IMG/VR virus record: IMGVR_UViG_3300033571_024432
Span: 32,001-96,000 of that record
DNA length: 64,000 nt
Origin: a virus
Direction: 5' to 3' (one strand)
A program made the translations under genes and the position numbers. Shown one piece after another: positions 59,645 through 64,000 of the stretch (position 1 is the stretch's first letter; the number at the start of each line of letters is the position of its first letter). The notes under the pieces were generated by a model. The model saw only the letters and a program-made list of their open reading frames with translations. It was not told the DNA's origin and did no database searches.

Positions 59645-59971
59645 ATGAGCAAGCAAAGAATTCAAAAATCACGTTTAATGGAACTTTCAGGTTTCAATAA
59701 AGGACGCGAACCCTTATTAATTACAGAATCAGGACCTGTATATGCATATGATCTAGCAGAAATGATTCAACAAGAAATTAGAAATGTTTTAAATGAAATG
59801 AAATTAAAAAATTTCCAAAGTGATATTATTACAGCACAAAATACAAAATCTGTATCAGCTGCAATGGGTTTTGTAGGACCAGGTTTTTCATCATATAATA
59901 ATATTGCTGGAAATAGAATATTTAAAGGTGCTGGCGGAACAAGAAGTATGTTAGGGCCAGGCTTTAGATAA
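59645..59971 (+). CDS. Small protein with multiple LxE sites and Gly-rich tail
   Basis: RLMELSG, LLITES and VLNE; MGFVGPGF...MLGPGFR. Confidence 0.6.
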   Translation: MSKQRIQKSRLMELSGFNKGREPLLITESGPVYAYDLAEMIQQEIRNVLNEMKLKNFQSDIITAQNTKSVSAAMGFVGPGFSSYNNIAGNRIFKGAGGTRSMLGPGFR

Positions 59972-59986
59972 AAATTAATTTTTATA

Positions 59987-60015
59987 TTGTATTTTTTTAA
60001 TTTTTTTATTATAAT
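59987..60015 (+). promoter_or_regulatory. Promoter TTGTAT-N17-TATAAT
   Basis: TTGTAT at 59987-59992 and TATAAT at 60010-60015. Confidence 0.6.
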
Positions 60016-60045
60016 ATTTTTATTATATCTTTTAAAGAGGCTATT

Positions 60046-60474
60046 ATGTCATATTTATTTAAAGTTGGACAGTTTGCATATATTAATTATACAAAAAAAC
60101 GATTAATTATTCCTGTAAAAATAACTGAACAAATTATTAGAAAAACAGAAAATAATGAATTTGTTGATTGGAGTTTAATGGCTCCAGATTCAACACAATT
60201 ATTATTTTCAGAATTATCAGACCCTATTTTTGCTTCATTAGATGAAGCAAAAGCTGATTTATTAAGAATAGCATCTGAAACTATTGAAAAAATGTGTGTT
60301 ACATGTATAGATATTCAAAATAAAACTTGGCCTAAAGTAGATGTTGAATTAAAAAATAATACACACGTGAATAATAATAAAAAGTTAGATAAAATTAAAG
60401 TAAAGTTATCTGATGGTAGCTTAGCGAATGTATCAATTCCTGATTTACAAAATGTAAATGTCGAAGAAATGTAA
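60046..60474 (+). CDS. Hypothetical protein
   Basis: 142-aa ORF with an AGAGG RBS. Confidence 0.6.
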   Translation: MSYLFKVGQFAYINYTKKRLIIPVKITEQIIRKTENNEFVDWSLMAPDSTQLLFSELSDPIFASLDEAKADLLRIASETIEKMCVTCIDIQNKTWPKVDVELKNNTHVNNNKKLDKIKVKLSDGSLANVSIPDLQNVNVEEM

Positions 60475-60483
60475 AGGCATAAT

Positions 60484-61296
60484 ATGAAAACACTAATATT
60501 AGATGGCTACAATTTATTTTATAGGGCAAGATTTTCAGGTGTTAAAGATAATGAAACAACAACTGTTTTTAATTTTTTTAGAGGTCTTAGACTGATAGTT
60601 GATACATTAAATTGTGACAATATTTTTCTAGTATTAGAAGGTTATCCTAAAAAAAGATTTGAAGCATTTCCTGAATATAAAGCAAATAGAAATTATTTAG
60701 ATAATTCTGATAAGTTTAAAGAGCAAAGAAGACAAATAATAGATATTTTACAAAATTATTTTCCGATACAAATTGTAAAACATGAGAATTATGAATGTGA
60801 TGATATTATTGCTTATTTGGCTAGAAAAGAAGAACAAGAAAATAATGATGTAATTGTAGTATCATCAGATACTGATTTTATTCAATTAATATCAGATAAA
60901 ATTAAATTATATAGTCCTATTAAAAAAGAATTTACTGAAAAAACTTTATATGATTATGTTACATTTAAGTCATTAAAAGGCGATTCTTCTGATAATATTG
61001 ACGGGTTTAATGGGATTGGTCCTAAAAAGGCTGAGTTATTATCTTTAGATGAAAATAAATTACAATCTTTTCTAAATGAAAATAATAATTTAGAAAAATT
61101 TAATTATAATGTTGAATTAATTAATTTTCATAAACTATCAGATGAAGATATTTCAACAATTAATTATTTTCAAAAACAAACAGAAAATAAATTTAATGAA
61201 TTACGTAAACTATTTCAAGAATTACGTTTTTATTCTTTGACAAATGATACATCTTGGAATAAATTTTTAAAAACATTTGATAAATATTTTAAATAA
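60484..61296 (+). CDS. Second 5'-3' exonuclease (Pol I N-terminal domain-like)
   Basis: ILDGYNLFYRA, PEYKANR, ECDDII, SSDTDFIQL and LKGDSSDNIDG..GIGPK.A. Confidence 0.9.
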   Translation: MKTLILDGYNLFYRARFSGVKDNETTTVFNFFRGLRLIVDTLNCDNIFLVLEGYPKKRFEAFPEYKANRNYLDNSDKFKEQRRQIIDILQNYFPIQIVKHENYECDDIIAYLARKEEQENNDVIVVSSDTDFIQLISDKIKLYSPIKKEFTEKTLYDYVTFKSLKGDSSDNIDGFNGIGPKKAELLSLDENKLQSFLNENNNLEKFNYNVELINFHKLSDEDISTINYFQKQTENKFNELRKLFQELRFYSLTNDTSWNKFLKTFDKYFK

Positions 61297-61301
61297 AAAA
61301 A

Positions 61302-61330
61302 TTGTAAAAACTTTGTTTTTATATTATAAT
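61302..61330 (+). promoter_or_regulatory. Promoter TTGTAA-N17-TATAAT upstream of the groEL operon
   Basis: TTGTAA at 61302-61307 and TATAAT at 61325-61330. Confidence 0.7.
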
Positions 61331-61361
61331 AAATTATATCTTTTAATAATAAGGAAAAAAA

Positions 61362-61553
61362 ATGGAAAAAGTATTGGATGATTCAACACAAAAACAATTA
61401 CGAGAACAAAAAGTTATTGGTAATGATGAAGTAGCAATGAAGGTTGGAGATTTATTTTTAGCTGAAAATGTTTTAACTAAAACACGTAGAAAAATTGATG
61501 TTTCTTTAAAACTAACAGAACATAAATCAACATCTAGTTTACTAAAAGGATAA
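61362..61553 (+). CDS. Small hypothetical protein immediately upstream of groEL
   Basis: AAGGA RBS; 63 aa; no GroES similarity seen. Confidence 0.65.
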   Translation: MEKVLDDSTQKQLREQKVIGNDEVAMKVGDLFLAENVLTKTRRKIDVSLKLTEHKSTSSLLKG

Positions 61554-61560
61554 TATACAC

Positions 61561-63213
61561 ATGAGCGATTTTTTATTTTTTGATATTGAAGCACAACAAC
61601 ATTTAAGAGTAGGCGTTGAAAAATTATATAAGGCAGTTTCTCAAACAATGGGACCACATGGCAAATTAGCATTAATTGAAAGAATGGGAAAACCACCTCA
61701 TTTAACAAAAGATGGTGCTACAGTTGCAAAAAATGTAAAATTATCAAATCCTATTGAAAGTTTAGGCGCGTCATTAATCAGACAAGCAAGTGAACAAACT
61801 GCGCAAACAGTTGGTGATGGATCTACAACAGCAACAGTCCTAACAAGAGAATTATACAATAAATCAATTCAAGCATTACAAACTGGTATTATTTCTTCAA
61901 ATGAAATGTCTAAATTATTAAAAAGTCGAGTTGAATTATTAGTAGAATATTTAAACGAAAACGCTCATAATATTTCAACTAATGAAGAAATTAGACAAAT
62001 TGCAGCAGTATCAGCGAATGGAGATACAAAAATTGGTGATCTGATTGCACAAGCAATTTCAGAGGTAGGTTCTGCAAAATTAGTAACTGTTCAAAAAAGT
62101 AAAACAACTCAAACAAATCTACAATTAGTAAAAGGTGTTAGAGTTGAAAGAGGTTATATTTCTCATTATTTTGCGAATGGTGAAGAAAGAAATAAATGTA
62201 CATTAGAAGAACCTTTCGTATTAATTTTGAATTGTAAATTAAATTCTTTGTCTCAATTAATTCCTGTTTTAGAAAAAGTAGCAGCTTCAGAAAAAAGTAT
62301 TTTAGTTATTGCAAATGACTTTGAAGATGAAGTAATTCAAGCTATGATTACTAATGTAACAAGAGGCGCATTAAAAATTTGTGCAATTAAATCTCCTTTT
62401 TATGGCGAAAATAGAGCACAAATTCTTCAAGATTTGGCTGATTCATTACATAGTAAAGTGTTAAACGAAATTGATGAAAAGCAAATTAAAAATTTAAATT
62501 TAAACGATTTAGGAACATGCAAATCTGCAATCATTTCTAATAATGAAACATTACTTGTTGAATGTGGTAAAAATAATGTTAAGAAATCAAAAGAAACAAA
62601 TACCGGAGAAAGTATTAAACAAATTGACGTTTTATTACAAAACAAAGATTTATCAAAAGAAGAAGAATCATTTTTAAAACAAAGATTAGTTATTCTTAAA
62701 GGTGTAGTTGCTGTTTTATCAATTGGGGCATATACTGAAAGTGAATTACTTGAAACTTTTGATCGTGTTGATGATGCTTTACATGCAACAAAAGCTGCGA
62801 TGGATGGAGGATTTTTACCAGGTGGTGGTTTATCATTATTACGAGCTGGTCAATTTTTAAGCAATATTGAATGTAGTGATTTAAAACAAAAAACTATAAA
62901 TAAAATTGTTGCAGATGCTTGCATTTCACCAATGAGACAAATTTTAAAAAATGCAGAATTATCATCAGATTATATTATTGAAAAAATAAAAGATATTAAT
63001 GATTTTAATTATGGATATGATATTAGTAATGGAGAATTTTGTAATTTAATTAATGCAGGTATAATTGATCCATTACATGTTTCGATTACAGCATTAAGAA
63101 ATGCAGCATCATCTGCTTCATCATTAATAAATATTGGATGCGTTATTTTAGATAATCCACAAGAATATCAACAAGATGTTCAAATGGTGCAATTAGATGA
63201 AAATATGGAATAA
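61561..63213 (+). CDS. groEL: Chaperonin GroEL-like
   Basis: TMGPHG, TKDGATVA, GDGSTTAT, SANGD, RVDDALHATKAA, PGGG and GIIDP. Confidence 0.93.
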   Translation: MSDFLFFDIEAQQHLRVGVEKLYKAVSQTMGPHGKLALIERMGKPPHLTKDGATVAKNVKLSNPIESLGASLIRQASEQTAQTVGDGSTTATVLTRELYNKSIQALQTGIISSNEMSKLLKSRVELLVEYLNENAHNISTNEEIRQIAAVSANGDTKIGDLIAQAISEVGSAKLVTVQKSKTTQTNLQLVKGVRVERGYISHYFANGEERNKCTLEEPFVLILNCKLNSLSQLIPVLEKVAASEKSILVIANDFEDEVIQAMITNVTRGALKICAIKSPFYGENRAQILQDLADSLHSKVLNEIDEKQIKNLNLNDLGTCKSAIISNNETLLVECGKNNVKKSKETNTGESIKQIDVLLQNKDLSKEEESFLKQRLVILKGVVAVLSIGAYTESELLETFDRVDDALHATKAAMDGGFLPGGGLSLLRAGQFLSNIECSDLKQKTINKIVADACISPMRQILKNAELSSDYIIEKIKDINDFNYGYDISNGEFCNLINAGIIDPLHVSITALRNAASSASSLINIGCVILDNPQEYQQDVQMVQLDENME

Positions 63214-63257
63214 TAATTCAATTTTCACACCATACCTAAATATTAGGAGGTAAAAAA

Positions 63258-63443
63258 ATGAATAAACAATTTATCTTAGAAGATTTAGATATTTCATTAT
63301 TAAATGAAATTAAAAAGAAAAAACAAAATGAAGAATTTACACAATTACAATTAGAACTACCAATATATCAAGAAATTATAAATGAAAAAAAAGAAGACTC
63401 ATGCGTGAATAATAATAATAATATTATTATAATTGAGTTATAA
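63258..63443 (+). CDS. Small hypothetical protein
   Basis: AGGAGG RBS; 61 aa. Confidence 0.55.
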   Translation: MNKQFILEDLDISLLNEIKKKKQNEEFTQLQLELPIYQEIINEKKEDSCVNNNNNIIIIEL

Positions 63444-63496
63444 TAAAAATTAAATATTAAAAATTTAAATACATTAACATAAACAAAGGCTATAAA

Positions 63497-64000
63497 ATGT
63501 CAAATATATTATCTGAATATCAAGAAATTATTAAATCAAATCCTTTACTTTCACGTGAGCAAGAAGTAATTCTGGCTAAAAAAATTAAGGAAGGTGATTT
63601 AAATGCAAAAAATAAAATGATTGAAAGTAATTATAGATTAGTTATTAATATGGCTAAAAAATATTATGAAAACAATAAAAATTTAGATTTTCGTGATTTA
63701 ATTGCTGAATCTCAATTAGGTTTATTAAAAGCAATTGAAAGATTTGATTATGAAAAAGGTTTTAAATTTTCCACTTATGCTTGTTGGTGGATTAAACAAG
63801 CATTAATGAGTTTTATTAATGACTCTTCATGTTTAATTAAAACACCTCAAAACAATAGAGTTATTTCTTCAAAAGCAAAAAAAATAAGAAAAGAATATTT
63901 AGAGAATTTTGGTTATACACCTGATAATTCAGAAATTGCAGATATTTTAGGTATTTCAAATACAACATTAAATAATGTCGAAAAAAATTCTCTTAAAATT
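63497..64000 (+). CDS. RNA polymerase sigma70-family factor (3' truncated)
   Basis: LLSREQEVILAKKIKEGD, MIESNYRLVINMAKKY, DLIAESQLGLLKAIERFDYEKGFKFSTYACWWIKQA. Confidence 0.92.
   Translation, partial: MSNILSEYQEIIKSNPLLSREQEVILAKKIKEGDLNAKNKMIESNYRLVINMAKKYYENNKNLDFRDLIAESQLGLLKAIERFDYEKGFKFSTYACWWIKQALMSFINDSSCLIKTPQNNRVISSKAKKIRKEYLENFGYTPDNSEIADILGISNTTLNNVEKNSLKI

Noticed and set aside
1342-62645. Numerous short antisense or nested ORFs in the track (e.g. 1342-, 10209-, 12275-, 17598-, 28108-, 47860-, 51528-, 62427-)
   Set aside because: They are shadows of well-supported genes on the opposite strand or frame, with no motifs or RBS.
1-64000. Eukaryotic giant virus or bacterial chromosome origin
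   Set aside because: RecA, DnaE, sigma70, GroEL, ClpP, Shine-Dalgarno sites and -35/-10 promoters indicate a bacterial host. Gp32-like SSB, a hub-like gene, homing elements and the absence of housekeeping operons indicate a phage.
1-64000. Stop-codon reassignment, tRNA, rRNA or CRISPR arrays
   Set aside because: Conserved genes are full length in the standard code and end in TAA, TAG or TGA. Intergenic gaps are short and AT-rich, with no cloverleaf or repeat-spacer pattern seen by eye.

Overview
This is a very AT-rich, densely coding, mostly plus-strand 64 kb segment of a large (jumbo-type) tailed bacteriophage genome in the standard genetic code. Two gene classes are interleaved. (1) Replication, nucleotide-metabolism and chaperone genes: gp32-like SSB, RecA, DnaB-like helicase, DnaE, a minimal PolA, two 5'-3' exonucleases, dUTPase, NrdA/NrdB, ThyX, thymidine kinase, dCMP deaminase, NDT, a MazG-like enzyme, thioredoxin, a ClpP pair, GroEL and a sigma70 factor. 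Many of these sit behind a conserved TTGTAA-N17-TATAAT promoter. (2) About 25 genes whose N-termini carry a short amphipathic leader ending in [ILM]-x-E (e.g. LRKYIKLLFES), resembling the T4 capsid-targeting and prohead-protease cleavage signal. This class includes three tandem atypical protein kinases, four paralogues of an uncharacterised ADP-ribosyltransferase-like family (TPHGIY...HxNEPxQ), a HExxH metallopeptidase, a superoxide dismutase and a PCD-like protein. My main hypothesis is that this class is a head-packaged, injected host-takeover arsenal. Other notable elements: a group IA intron in recA whose EDxHD/Vsr-like endonuclease ORF has no stop and runs in frame into recA exon 2; a naturally split intein at the NrdA active-site cysteine with a GIY-YIG gene between the halves; and a ClpP paired with a catalytically dead ClpR-like paralogue. 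All family assignments come from motif recognition by eye; no searches were run.
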